In this document: in pieces, positions 11,606 through 26,660 of the stretch
Numbering within the stretch: position 1 is the stretch's first letter
Layout: each line of letters begins with the position of its first letter
Source: Octopus vulgaris
Lineage: Eukaryota
DNA length: 64,000 bases
Assembly (NCBI GenBank): GCA_951406725.2
Contig: OX597815.1
Location: 21,886,001-21,950,000, forward strand
Direction: 5' to 3'
Program-made: the position numbers and the translations under genes
Notes under the pieces: model-generated
Database searches by the model: none
What the model saw: the letters and a program-made list of their open reading frames with translations, nothing else
What the model was told of the DNA's origin: nothing

Positions 11606-14517
11606 GTAAGCGATCAAGTACACCGCAGGAAATGCATCAGGTAGCTAGGAGACGCACTCGAAAAACATTGATTTTTGTCAATCAACATTCACAGCAGATT
11701 TGTATATTTTGCAAATGCCAACCGCCGTTAATCTAGTTTCTATTTTATTTTCATTTATAGATGCAATCATTCAACTAAAACGATGTAAACAGAGAAATCA
11801 GGATATTCATTTAGCAAAATCTGCCCACTTCCTTCTCTCTGTGTGTATCTAGATACGATCTATATTTAGAAGCTACGATAAAATGAATTATCAATTAATT
11901 ACATTCTCAAGCTTCTTTAAGTAAATATTGTGTACATTTGTAGTTTTTTTACGTGTAAGATAACAGTTGCTTATAGTTGGTATGGAATAACTGAAAAATT
12001 TTACTAAAAGCAGGTTCAGCTTCTCCAAGGAAATTTAAGAAAACATTTGGATAATAATGAGTTCTTTTGAATAACCACAAACGCAATAAATCTGAAAGGG
12101 ATGGATTCTGACATTTAAATAGTAAATTGCAACGTTCGTTTTATTGTGTTGGCAGAATAAGAGAAAGGCTTTAACTGAGAAAAACAAAAATCGTACTTTT
12201 TGCTCTACAGCCATATATATTTTGTAACAAAGAAACTATAAATTGCCTTCATATCACAACAGAAAGTGAAGTTCAGTTTAGAATTACAAATTACGGCTCA
12301 GCTAGACACATACTTAGAGGAGTGGCAGAAAAGATTCGTTGCTGGATATGTGCAACATAAAGCAAAAGGCTAATCAGTAGGGTGACTTTTAATTAGCTCC
12401 ATCAGAAAGTAAGGAAAAAAAAAAGAAGTGGGTAAAAACCATATCGTAAACCTTAATTGCTTTTAAATACTCAGGATATATTTTATAGAAGGACATATTT
12501 TATAGAATAAAAAAGATGAAGTCGATCCAGACTCTATTTTAGTTCACAGCAGAAAAGGACTAAATAAGATAAGACAGACAATCAGTGTGATTTTGTTATA
12601 CAATTGTCTTCAACCGGCAGTCAAAAGTATTTACGTGTGTGATTTCCTATAAGACAGAACAAGGATAAACTGATGCATATACATTATCTACTCGGTTTAA
12701 ATCCATAGATTTCATTGCTAAAGAATATAGCATCTGATGATATATTAAACATTGCCGAACTATATGCATTATCGTTTTACACACGGTGATTCAGGCCCTC
12801 GCGTTTACATGTTCCCGAGCCAATTTTTGCAGTTTTATCCGTCAGAGCTCAGCCAGTATGAATTAGCTATGATCCGACCAAACTTCGAAGTTACAGTCAA
12901 TAAAATTATGATAAACATTACTCTCGACACAATTTACTGAGTCCTTTATTCAATCAATGTTTGTTGATTTATGCATATAAAGAAGCCTAATTTTAACTAT
13001 GTGCTTGTGTATGTGTGTATGTGTTTACACACAAGTATTCAAATACACACACACATCCATACACATTATAGCTGCATTCGAATTTTTTTTCTTTCTCTAC
13101 AACCTCTTGTCAGAAAACTCTTAATAACGTTGTTGTCATGGCTGTAATTTATTACTTGAATGTCAACTTCATAAGGATTTGTTATTTATTAATCATTAAA
13201 CTGTTAGAATGGTAACAGAATAGAAAAGTCTGGACAAGAGTCAGATCTATGAGGTATACGCTTGCATAAGTAGTGAGGGAAGCTAACAATTTGGTGCCAA
13301 TGATACCGAGAGTTTGCCTTCTAATTTAGAATGCAGTAAAATTACTCAACAATGTTGTATTTCAGCTAATCCTCTCTTGTGCGCCCATAAAGTATTTATC
13401 TGTGTGTATGCAAGCGTACGTATGTGAACGTATGTGTTGTGTGTACGAGTCAGTGCGCGTGTATATGTGTGTGTCTGTCAGTGAATATGTGTTTCAATGT
13501 TTGTCATGTCAGAGTGTGTGTTTGCCACTGTGTGTGTGTGTGTGTGTGTGTTGTCAATGTGTATGTGTGTGTGTTTGACAAAAAGAGAGAGAATGAGAGT
13601 GAGGGAGAGAGGAGGCAGAGAGGAAGAGAGAGAGAGAGAGGAAGGGAGGGAGGGAGAGAGAGAGTGAGAGTGAGAGAGAGAAATTGACCGCGGGAGAGCC
13701 CGATCCTATACATTTAAGTCTACGTGGCGAGAGTTGCGGGTTTGTTGAATAGAGCTTCACGTATGTTGTTCGTCTGTCTGCAGTTATAAGTGTACGCATG
13801 CGCGCAAGCGTGTGTTATACATACAGAGACACACACGTACTGATATATATAAATGTGTGAGTGTGTGTGTGTGTCTGTGTTTGTGTGTATCTGTGTGTGT
13901 ATACACACACACACATTCGCACATCATTTATACTACGTGATTTAAAAAGTTTTTTCAGTATTTTTTTCATTTTTATTAGTATCATCATTCATAATGGATA
14001 TATCACGACATATTTATGAAAAATTAAATGATATAAAAATAAAATAAGATAGAGACAACAGAAAACAATATGTAAATATAATCTGAGTTGATTCTAGTCT
14101 ATCTTGTAAATTACAAATGGACGTGCATTCGCACGCCGTCGCGCAAGCGCACATGCACGTACAAACACGTAATTAGGAGGAAGAAAACGGGTCGTTGTGA
14201 CAACCATTGTTTTCATCATAAAGCAAATGCTGATGAGGTCAATTGAAATAATCTTCCACAAGCAATTTCAACTGATTCACTGCTCGGGCTGCTGGGAATT
14301 TATGATTTTGGTATAAGTTTCTGATATAAACATGCATATGATTAAGTTTATTTATTTATTTATTTATTTATTAGCTGTAAAATTACATAGGTTACTCGGG
14401 AGTCTAGAGTTTCCTGCATAGCATTTATCAAACTTAGAAGTTTGATAAGTGCTATGTACAAAACTCTAGGCCTATAAGTCAATAATGTGGATTTAAAGAG
14501 ATTATGTATGTATGTAC

Positions 14518-14548
<31 letters not shown>

Positions 14549-14710
14549 TGTATGTATGTATATATGTACGTATGTATGTACGTATGTATGTATGTATGTA
14601 TGTATGTATGTATGTATGTATGTATGTATGTATGTATGTATGTATGTATGTATGTATGTGTGTGTGTGTATGTATGTATGCATATATATATATGTATATA
14701 TATGTATATG

Positions 14711-14749
<39 letters not shown>

Positions 14750-17700
14750 TTACTAGAGAGTTGTCGTTTATTCCTTGGTAATTTCTGATTGATTGTGTGG
14801 ATCTACTTACGAAGGTATTTTAGCCATAATCATTCTATCTTTGTTTAAGATATAATGTCTCCAGGTCTATACCATCCTGATTACATGTCATCTTCCCTGT
14901 TTTAAGACATTAGCACGTGATCTTGAGAGAAGTTCCTCTGGTGTTCCCAATAAGACAAGCGACCACAAAGAGCTTTGTTGCTAAGTAAAGTGTAGAGAGA
15001 AGCGATAGAATGACAAACTTTAAAATTCTATGTTCAAAAATAAAACAACGTCAATTATACATCTGAGGCGATAAAATATACTATGCCATCGTACCAAGTA
15101 CGAAAAATTGATCTCTTACCATATTTCTGGAATTTATTTTGACTTTTGAGAGAGGGATCATAACGAACTTGAACTCGGTTCAGAAAATTACCTTTTGATA
15201 TAGAGTAACGTACCCGGAACTGATTCTCAACCAACCGCATCACAAGAGCTATTCTTTTCATAGTAATTATAATTAAAGACATTTTTTTTCTCACAGACGC
15301 TAATTTAGTGATGATGTTCAATAGATCACTTGAGAATTGATTTGAGTGGAATCTATTTTGGAGGTCATTAAATAGAAATGTTTATATTATTGGAAGGTGA
15401 AGAAATTAGCTAATTATCCAACCGGAAACAATACTGAATTTTTCATAAGATTCAATTGGTTGTGTTTCCGCTCCATTTGAAATAATGGATTTTGGTAGGG
15501 TATTATAATGTGTAGTAATTTTTCATATCATAATCTACTTATTTAAACTGCTTTCGTTTATCAATTCAGACAATTTTGTTTTATCGTTTGATATTTTACT
15601 TCTCTGTCCTGATGGAAATTGATACTGATAAGAGGCTACAAAAACCGATACGCGTCAAAGGATTAAAATGTAAACAAGATAAGATAAAAAGGAAACTCCG
15701 TCCTGTTGGTCAGTGAAAATTCAGTAATTTAAAAGATATGGTTTTTCTCAAAATTAGAAGAAACTCTCTCTCTCTCTCTGTATGCATGTGGCTTTATATC
15801 TATTGTTGAGCTCTTTATATTCTTTATGTATGTATGTATGTATGTATGTATGTATGTATGTATGTATGTATGTATGTATGTATGTATATGTTGATAGTCA
15901 GCTTGGGCAGGAAATCCTCGGTAGTCTGATAATTTCCACTCGGATGAAATTACGTATAAATGTGATGCACTGTGCTTATATATATATATATATATATATA
16001 TATGCTTGTTTTCAAGACACTGCGTCACCAATATCAACATTGGGTTTTATCAAACTTTTCATAGTGTAGGTTATCACTGAACAAAACTGTGGTCATGGTA
16101 TCGACTACATGCATTAAAATATTTATGGAATTGTGGATAGGAACGCAATTTTAAGTAAATTATATTTCATTGATCGGATTCTTCTCGTCCTTTTTCAATT
16201 CTCTTGCCATGCGAACAGTTTGAACAATTAATAAATAACAAGGTTTTATTAAGTTGGCATTCGCGTTATAAATTACGGTCGTAATAAAGTCGTTAATAAG
16301 GGCTTACTGTCAAAAGTTTCCAGAGAGAGCAACTTGAACTGTAAGTAGCACAAGTACATCGCACCACGCACTCATATATCGTTAACAACCGAGAGATACT
16401 AAACTTATTTCAGCGCTAACAATAAAGTTGATGGATTACTTTACTTTCTTTAATGCTGATTGAAAATATGTCAGTTCAGGGCAGTAGTCAGTTTGGTTTA
16501 CTGTTTAACTTATGAATAACGGTTCCTTTCCTAAACACGAGAGAAGTTTTAGAAAATGAACTGGATAAAGACTAATGAAACGTTCGTGGTTAGTATCTGT
16601 TTTGTCGATTAGGGGGACCTAATGCAAATCTACATTTTGTACTGCAGTGCTTAGACTAACCAGGGAAGAGAAGTGATTGTGTAATTTAACAAAGAGTTTT
16701 TTTAATCATTTGTTTAATGAAATGCTCGAGCCCAGATTCTAAAATTGGCAACCGTTACCATGGTGAGGGAAGAGGTAAAAAGGTTGGAATATTTGAGACA
16801 ACAGGCCAATGTGGTCAGTTTCAATACACATACGGAAAGTTTACCTTGGCTCGATGAATTATTACATACGATAAAATTAGTGGTAGTTAAGTATAACTGG
16901 AACAATGGTTGCTATATAGACAAGCAACTTAAACCTTAAATTACTTCATTATGACGGAATTAAGTACAATTGTCGAGTGTTTTTCATGAGTGTCACAACA
17001 GTTGACTAGATAATTGGAAAATAGTTACACAGTTGAAACATCCAGGCACCATTATTTATGACCTATGAGCAAAGGCGTTCTGACTGTAACCATCTCCTCT
17101 TCCTTTTAAATATAATGTAACTAGTAATACAGTATCCTACGATCTTAATCTCATTGGCTCTTTTCTGGTTATAGAGAGAAAGTACTGATTTGAAGTAGCT
17201 TTTTTGATGAAGCGTTTTTGAGGAAGCGTTTTGATTTGATGAAGCGCTATTGTAGAAATAAAGAAAATAATCTGTTTTAATGAGGAGTCATTCTCAACTC
17301 CAAGTGCGATAACTTTTATCCCATTAGATAAATGTAACTTTTGACTGATGAAGTAAAATATAGATAGGAATACTTTTCCATAATGAAGAAACTGTGTCAA
17401 TCAATTCTTCCCTCGTCCATGACCATATCCTGTGATGTTCGTCCCACTATTTGTGGTTATAGAAACGCTTCGAATATCATACATAAAATTCATCTATGAA
17501 GGAAATGACAATCTTTGTCACAAAAATCGCTTCGTAATTATGTGATGAATGTTACCTTGTTCTTAGGAATTCAGGTAAAAAGTAAACACTTGAAATACAA
17601 AGTAAATGCAACCTCGAAACCTGCAATAATTGATAATTCATAAGATGTGAACTTGAATTAATAATAGTGTTTAAACAAATATATACATTATTATCTTTCT

Positions 17701-18834
17701 GTCGTCTCAGTTCCGAATCAATTAATGCTTATCCTCGTCGGATGGATATTCCAGTTTTTATCAAAACACTTTAAAGAAAAATCAATGGTTTTGAAATGAG
17801 GCACTATTAAAAAAACTAATTATTGAACATATAAGAGATATAATTTAATTATCTAACTCAGGAAAGTTCAATATAACCACCGTCTATTGTCTATAGTTTC
17901 TAAATATTTATGAGTCCCGGACAAGTTGTAAACGCTAGCTATCTATAAAGCAAATCGTAATGAGCAACGATGTAATTAAAATTTAAAATTTTAAGTTGAG
18001 AAAGAAACCAAAGTAACTCGGAAAATATAATAAATCTACAAAGGGCGTATAAGGGCATAAATACGCTCATACGGAACACATGTTACATACACATTTACAA
18101 ACACCTATTCATACAGACTCATACCAACATGTATTCACGCATGCAAAAATACATAACACAAACACGATCCACTCGTGCGATCTAACAAACCATGAAATAT
18201 ATAAGAATGAATAAATTTTGGAAAATTCCTGAAACAAAACCGATAAACTAAAAAAAAAAGTTAGAGAGGATATCTTACTGAGAAATAACATAGGAGTAAT
18301 TAATTTCAGAAACTAACCAAAATCATTGCTACATTGAATATAACCTCCACTTGTCAAAGAAGACATATATGTCTAGGAATTTTTCTTGTCTGGGGATAAT
18401 TAATGCGAAACTAACGAATCTAGATTTATCTGTACACGACGGCATGCCTGTATAGTAAGTTATTTGAATTCTTGCAGAATAAATACGCTCAATTATAAAA
18501 CAATCTACAAAATACATCACGGTGTTAAGAACTAATGATTTAACTATTTATTTGCAGGAAATTACAAAAAGTTGCCACTTCTTTTCACCCGATATTATTT
18601 GTTTATAGGAAGGCTGTCTGTTTATGTGGAAAATACTGGAATATAATAACACTTTTTTTTGAGAATATTAAAACCCAGATGATTTGTAAAAATTATACTA
18701 ATCAGAAACGCATGTGTAACATGATGATATTAGCAAGAGCATTTTTTTCTATGTTCTTGCTAATATTATCATGTTATACATGGATTTCTGAGGAATATAA
18801 TTTCTGTATAATATAGATTCTGATGAGCAAAATC

Positions 18835-18887
<53 letters not shown>

Positions 18888-18918
18888 CATACATGCATAT
18901 ATATGTACATGTGTATAA

Positions 18919-18952
<34 letters not shown>

Positions 18953-18961
18953 TTCTCCTAT

Positions 18962-18996
18962 GTTTCCGACGAAGAGCTCCGCTCGAAACGTTAAAC
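18962..18996 (+). ncRNA. Minimal type I hammerhead ribozyme motif (Penelope-type, U4C)
   Basis: GTTT-CCGACGA-A-GAGC(TCC)GCTC-GAAA-CG-TT-AAAC, inside a 143-bp island (18952-19094) flanked by (AT)n. Confidence 0.65.
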
Positions 18997-19117
18997 CTTC
19001 CTTCTTTCCTTCTTTCCTGAGCTTCCAATAATACTATATTTGTTCCACGTCCTCGCGTTGTTGTGTTTTTTGTGCTTTCTTGTTTGGATTAACTATATAT
19101 ATATATATATATATACG

Positions 19118-19359
19118 TTTAAATATTTATGAATGAACATTGGAGACAACTCAAGGAAGGTAAAAGCTCATCGATTCTGTACCAACACGCCGAACAAGAA
19201 CACGGGGGATCAATCAATAACATAGAGATTAAGATATTGTCCACACATAGAACAGATGCAACAATTAGACAAATTACAGAAGCTACACATATAATAGAAA
19301 ATAAACCTAGCCTGAATAGAAAACTAGAATGGAGCAATAGCGCACACCACAACATATGA
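19118..19359 (+). pseudogene. Penelope-like element GIY-YIG endonuclease C-terminal fragment
   Basis: EH..QLK....SILYQHA...H....IKIL....R.ITEATHI...KPSLNRK pattern is typical of PLE GIY-YIG ends. Truncated at (AT)n. Confidence 0.8.
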
Positions 19360-19880
19360 CAATAGTGGATCCTGCAAACATAATAAATACACAGGTAATT
19401 AAAGAAATAGAAATGAATATCTATATATATGTATATGTGTATATATATGTATATGTATATGTGTATATATGTGTGTATATATGTATATATATATATATAT
19501 GTATATGTATGTATATATATATATATGTATATGTATATTCTTTTTTTTTTTTTTTTTTTTTCCTCGATTAGATTTATTATTATTATTACTAATATTGTTG
19601 TTATACATACATACAAGCATATGTAATGATAATAATGGGTGGATGTAAACACATGAACAAAATTAGAACAAAAGCAACAACAACAAAAACAAAATACAAA
19701 TTACAAGAATGTATATAACCAGAAGATACAAATATTACAGGCATCCCCCCCCCCACACACACTAAATAAACATAGACGCACATAGAGATATAAGCATGCG
19801 CAAATGAAGACATACAATAGAAATACAAAATGGCTGACGGTTAGTAAGGAGAGACACAAGTAAGTGAGAAGAAAACAAAG

Positions 19881-19924
19881 GACCACTGATGCGGTCACAG
19901 GAGTGTGACGAAAGAACTTTGGCC
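19881..19924 (+). ncRNA. Degenerate hammerhead motif downstream of the PLE ORF (pLTR)
   Basis: GACCA-CTGATGC-G-GTCACA(GGAG)TGTGAC-GAAA-GAAC-TT-TGGCC, with a core A9C change. Confidence 0.45.
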
Positions 19925-20034
19925 GAAATAAGATTAAGATTAATGTAAAAAATAAATATCACTGAAGCAAAATAACACCAAATATATAGTGCGTGTGTTT
20001 TTATTGGCTAAACTGGCAATATGACCATTCCGAA

Positions 20035-20065
<31 letters not shown>

Positions 20066-20095
20066 ATATGCATACTATATATATACATATACGTT

Positions 20096-20138
<43 letters not shown>

Positions 20139-20761
20139 GTATACATATATGTATACATGTATATGTATGTATATTGTATATAATTACACTATGTAATAAT
20201 AAAATTACATTTATATATATATGTCTATATGCTCCTTAAGACGCGTATGGTAATACAACTCGATGCCCAGTATTAGTTTATGTAACAGAAATCGTGCACA
20301 GCATTGAAGATGGAAGTGTATGAATTTCGAAAACCATACTATGGCGCGAAAAATCGACTTACATGGAAAACTTATAAAGTGTTCACCATTACAAACATGA
20401 CATATACATGTGGGGAAAAAAATTGACAAACGAGTACTAATGACGATTATAAATATATTAGAGGTTCGACCCGATATATTCTGGAACATGAGTTAAATTG
20501 CCCCTTCCCTGAGTGCCAGAAAGTAAGATAGTAGCATGACCGTATACCGTCATCAGAAAGAGAAAGAAAGAGAGAGGGAGAGAGAGAGAGAGAAAGAAAA
20601 GGAGAGACTGATGAAGTGATACTGTGGCATAAAATTCGACTCAGAGGAAAATATGTTCTGCACTATACATACATACATACATACATAGATAGATACATAC
20701 ATACATAGATACATACATACATACATACATCCATCCATCCATACATACATACATACATACA

Positions 20762-20876
20762 CAGGGAGAATTCACGGAAAAAACAAGACGAAGACAGGTG
20801 GTGTAGAAAACAAACAGATGTATTAGTATAACGCTCAGGAATTGAAAACGTCTTTTACGTTTCGAGCCTACGCTCG
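20762..20876 (-). mobile_element. PLE pLTR-like fragment with half hammerhead in (TACA)n
   Basis: Minus strand GAGC(GTAG)GCTC-GAAA-CG-TA, then TTCCTGAGC..AATAC. Same layout as 18952-19094. Confidence 0.5.
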
Positions 20877-22226
20877 GGCCTACATACATACATACATACA
20901 TACATACATACATACATAAATACATACACACACACACACACGCACACATAATCGCCATATGCCATATTTATAGCTGAAAACCAGCGCTCTTGTACAGGTT
21001 TGATACAGATGATATCCACATTATTTTACTCAACTACACGTTCATTGACATACACTAACATCAATGCATGCATACACATGTGCACGTACATGTACACACA
21101 CACTAACGCACAAACACACTTGAATATGCTATGATAAATTTTGTATATAGTATAATCTCTAAATGTATTCAGTCTAGCTGTGAAATGAAGCTCTGTCGCA
21201 GCTTGGAACAGGGATCGAATCGAATAGCGGATTTAGCCCTTTATGCGGCTACTTTTTCGTACCAAGCAGAGAGGTGTTTGTAGTATTTTGAATGCGTATA
21301 GCATTGTCCAAATAGACATGTTAGTTAGTTAGTTAATTTTTGGCTCAAAAGCAAATACCAAGGCCATGTAGGGGGACATGGAGTTAAGTACAGGGTGGTG
21401 TTCATGTAAAGAGTTCAGACCACATGTGGTGGTTTGTTTTTATTGTAATGCAGTTCAACATTTCCCGGAGGGCTATTACCGTGGGTGTTCCAATAATGAA
21501 CCAAAAAGCTACATTATTCAATGTGACCTCCATTTTTTGTTTTGGCACAGATGCATGTGATTTGAAGAATATTTGGCTGATATCTTTGCAAATTAGACAA
21601 CTGAGTAGCAACTCCTTTGCTGGTCTGAAGGGAATATCAGGAGGTGCTCGAATGTATGAATGTATGTATATACGTATATATGTTTATAAGCGTGTGTAAG
21701 TACGAATATTTGTAAGGATTTTCCTCATTAACTCATGCGTAAATGTGAATGATCGTGAGTATCCGCATACCATGTGCACGCACATTTATTGGTTTCTTTT
21801 CCTTTATATGTTTATGTACTCTGGTATGAGTTTGCATAAGTGTTTGTGTGAGAGATTATCTTTCTGCTGATGGACGATAAAGTACCTTAACATAATCTAT
21901 ATAAATATTTTCTTCGCGGTGTCTCTCAACATTAGCACACTGAATGTCACCATTTCCACATTTTTGTACATCTAGGGTGCAGGGTTTTTAGGGGTAACCG
22001 TTGGACCAGTAGCAGAAGGAACATCAGCTCAAATTCACCATCAGCATTTTATTACATGGTCTAAATAATTTTTGTTACGGTCAAGACGTACCAAAAGCTT
22101 CTAAAATGATGAGTTATTTGCCTCTTACATATTTAACTTCAGGAAATTAGGAACTAAACATGTGCTAATGAATCCCTAATGTTCGTCAAAGGACCCTTTC
22201 TCTACTATTACCATCACCATCACCAT

Positions 22227-22307
<81 letters not shown>

Positions 22308-22626
22308 AAGAATAACCACAATAACCAACATCATAATAAACATAGTAACCACTATAACAACCACTGTATCAAAAACAGTACAAGAGTGTTGCAAGAAAGT
22401 AGCAGCAAATCCCGAATTTCTTTGCCGCAAGTCATCGAAGAGGGGAATCTGTAAAAAAGAGATAATTATAAAGCTTACGATTGCTTTCCATTGAGAGACA
22501 ATGTTCAGAAAAGGTGAAGGGTGCAGCAAAACGTAACAAAAGGACACCCCCACCAAATTAGAAAGATAGATAAAAACGTAACTAACTCACACACACGCAC
22601 AGACAAACACATACACACACACACAG

Positions 22627-22686
<60 letters not shown>

Positions 22687-23742
22687 GAGAAAGGCTAACA
22701 TCATATATCATACACTGTTGTTGCTTATTCACACAGATGTTCTGATATAACCATTATTCTTCTAATTGACTCATACCCTCTTAAAGTTTCATAATCCCTC
22801 TATGTGTGTTAGTCTGGTGAGTCGCATCTGTTAAGGACGAAGCTACTCGCTTGAATAGTTGAATTATGCCCTTCAATGGAAACAATATTTTAATTGTTTA
22901 TTAACTGTTAAGTATATTTCAATGATAAATAGTAACGTATGCAGCAGTCAAAAATGTATGAGTCAAAATAGAATGAAACAAGTAACATTTTATAAATAGT
23001 AAATTTTTACTTCAGACTGATTAGTGCCAGAAATATTTCAAACTTTATATCTTTTATATAATAACATATTTTGAAACGGAACCGTCTCTTGGGTAAGGAA
23101 GTGAGTATCGGTCGGTGACATTTGTTCCTGGTCAGATAGAAACTAATATTATTTCACTAACAGTTCAATATGTGGAAGCATATATCCTATGTGAAATCTA
23201 TTAATATAATTAATTCATATGTTATATTTCTGACCCATGTCAGCCTTGATCAAGCAGAGCTATGCTAAAAAGTGCTTTGATCCAGACCACGTAGATTGTT
23301 TGTACATCAGGGATCCCATTTTCTAATATATCTTTGTTTAAGATAGACTGAAAGTATTTGCCCTTCTCTTTATAGTGGATCGACTACTGAGTAACAGCTG
23401 TCTCGCTGGTTTGTTTTTAACCATACTTAACCGTGTGGTTATGCCTCTACAATGGTTTTGGCAAATGCGTCACGAAACAGGACTCGTAATTTTAGGGTAT
23501 TCTAATTATTCTTTAGATTCCAATTTAGCCTGTTGCATGAGGAGAATGTACAATGACTATAAATGTAGATTACTGTATAGTTCAGTTATAATACTTAAAC
23601 GTTTTATTAACATATCATTTCACACGTAATATAAAATAATACTAATGATCAAAAAATAGTTCAGTATACTTAAGCATACTGAGTGTATAATATATAAATA
23701 CACACACACACACACACAAACACACACATACACACACAAACA

Positions 23743-23822
<80 letters not shown>

Positions 23823-23908
23823 AGGTTGAAAAGGAACACAGAGGTCGATATATATCGAAAAAAAAAGTCATGGTAGAAAATGCTAAAACAATTTTATAAA
23901 AAACGTTT

Positions 23909-23944
23909 CAGTATCGGTTTCAGTCATTCAGACTTTTTCAACTG
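23909..23944 (-). ncRNA. Minimal hammerhead motif with U3-A8 core variant
   Basis: Minus strand CAG-TTGAAAA-AGTC(TGAAT)GACT-GAAA-CCGA-TA-CTG, about 90 bp from a (CA)n tract. Confidence 0.45.
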
Positions 23945-24515
23945 TAAGTATGGAAAACAATTAAATTTTGGAAAAATTAAATGAAGAGTTTTTTAAAAGA
24001 ATATTTGCATAGTATTCAAAAACAAGAGGCATTTTCCTTGTTTCTGCCTGTCTTTGTCTCTTTTGTTTACTTTTATGGGTTTCAGATCGTTGTGGGTTCC
24101 ATTTTGCAGCCTGCAGGACAAATACTCGGACAAAAATCAAGAGTAGTGGCTAAAATGCCGAAAACTTTCTAAATTTATTTAACCACAGAAATGGATCTTT
24201 AATTATATTAATTTTTTTAAAATCATGTGTACTTATGTATGTGTGCCCAAATATGAACATGTACATATATAAATATCTTTGAGTGTGTGTGCGTGCGTGT
24301 GTGTGTGTCTGTGTGTGAGTGTGTGTGTGTGAGTGTATGTATATATGTATGAGTATGTGTGTGTATGTATCTATCTATCTATATCTTTAATAATAACAAA
24401 GGGTAAAATTAATTAATTAAGAAGTAATCAGTAATTTTACCAAGTAGTAATCAGTAATTTGTTATTATTGATAATGGAATTTTTCTCCCTGATAACAAAC
24501 TACAGTTTCTCTCCG

Positions 24516-24602
<87 letters not shown>

Positions 24603-25151
24603 ATATAATATAAATAAATTATATGTAGGCACATATACATACATATATGTACATACTGACATATATATGCATATATGTATGCATATATGGGTACAGGACG
24701 TCACAAACAAGACAACTTTCATCAATAAATATCATCCACAACTTAACATGAACACAACATAATACAGAACTCTACAAACCATACCAATGATGCCACTAAC
24801 ACCCATGCATTCCTTACACCATTCATATTACAGTATTATATCGACCCTAATTGCACCACATCCAGAACTACTTAGCTCCCTTACACAATATTTTTACTCA
24901 GGGACTAGTAGACCCAACACCGTTCGTGCGCATTCAAAGCCAGTGAACATCAATGACGATACCGGTTTGACTTTGGATCTCTTTAAGAATTCAAAATAAT
25001 GAATTTAATTCCATTTAATTCTACCACAGTTCATCTGAATGTATTTATTTATTGTTACTTTTCATTAAAAAGCCTTTATTTTTTGATATTCAATGTGCAT
25101 TTTCGCTTTTTTCTTATTACTTTCCCCATATATATACCTATATACACACAT

Positions 25152-25187
<36 letters not shown>

Positions 25188-25201
25188 GCACGCACACAAA
25201 C

Positions 25202-25283
<82 letters not shown>

Positions 25284-25304
25284 GTATATATGTATGTAAG
25301 TATA

Positions 25305-25535
25305 GGCGGCGAGCTGGCAGAAACGTTAGCACGCCGGGCGAAATGCGGAGCCGTATTTCGTCTGCCGTTACGTTCTGAGTTCAAATTCCGCCGAGGTCGA
25401 CTTTGCCTTTCATCCTTTCGGGGTCGATAAATTAAGTACCAGTTACGCACTGGGGTCGATGTAATTGACTTAATCCGTTTGTCTGTCCTTGTTTGTCCCC
25501 TTTGTGTGTAGCCCCTTGTGAGCAGTAAAGAAATA
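25305..25535 (+). mobile_element. SINE family A monomer
   Basis: Full head and unit. Ends GAAATA-GGTAT, with short duplication GTATAGG. Confidence 0.92.
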
Positions 25536-25721
25536 GGTATAGGTGTGAATGTATATGTATGCATATATTCTATGAGGCGGTTTTAGCCTTTTTTTCGTAT
25601 CTTGTCCCGTACTTGTCTTTCGTCATGTGTTCACGTATTTTTCGCTCGTTGGTGATGTCCTGTATTTAATATGTATTTCTTCATATTTATTTAATGATTG
25701 AACGCCATCCAATGTAGTGAA

Positions 25722-26015
25722 GGCGCGTGGCTTAGTGGTTAGGGCATTCGACTCACGATCGTAACGTTGTGCGTTCTATTCCCGGCGACGCGTTGTGTCC
25801 CTGAGCAAGACACTTTATTTCACGTTCCTGCAGTCCACTCAGTTGGCAGAAATGAGTAGTACCTGTATTTCAATGGGTCAACCATGTCACACTGTGTCAC
25901 GCTGAATCTTCCTGAACTCTACGTTAAGGGTACACGTGTCTGTGGAGTGCTCAGTCACTTGCACGTTAATTTCACGAGCAAGCTGTTCCGTTGATCGTAT
26001 CAGCTGGGACCCTCG
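25722..26015 (+). mobile_element. tRNA-derived SINE family C
   Basis: GGCGCGTGGCTTAGTGGTTAG box A, GTTCTATTCCC box B, CORE-like GTGTCCCTGAGCAAGACACTT. Relatives at 36328 and 58642. Confidence 0.8.
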
Positions 26016-26051
26016 TACGTGTGTGTACGTGTGGGTGTAAATGTATATATG

Positions 26052-26114
<63 letters not shown>

Positions 26115-26155
26115 GCATGTATATATATATATCATAAGTCAACTAAACCCCTCAT

Positions 26156-26216
<61 letters not shown>

Positions 26217-26567
26217 CATATATAAAATATATAAGTATAGATATATGACTGCTGTAGGTTGGAAGTTCTTGTCGAATCTAGACTGCAGCTGAGATTATGT
26301 TCCTGGTTGCAGTAATCCGCTTCAGCGCTTCCAATTCTGATCTATGGGAGATCAGCCTTATTGATTTCGGATGGAAATGATTTGGGTGTAAGTCGTAACT
26401 CCCGATACTTTACCATTCCAAATCGATGACGCTTATTCTCCGATGATGGATATCTCTTATTCTTAAATAACAACCAATTGCCTCTATCTCACAAGTAATG
26501 CATTTAACATGCTAAATTGTACAGACAGACACACGTGTATAAATACCTACATACCAACATGCATACA

Positions 26568-26599
<32 letters not shown>

Positions 26600-26605
26600 A
26601 GTGTA

Positions 26606-26660
<55 letters not shown>

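Noticed and set aside
13680-13790. Possible promoter or first exon after a GA tract (TATACATTTAA, CAC|GTATGT)
   Set aside because: Motifs are weak and expected by chance.
15605-15660. Hammerhead-like CTGATAAGAGG...CCGATACGCGTC
   Set aside because: Both core halves are mutated and stems are unconvincing.
26250-26460. Possible RT remnant (VKY.GV / LEALKRI) on the minus strand; also LINE-like ends at 21321-21400 and 21910-21990
   Set aside because: Too degraded to assign by eye.
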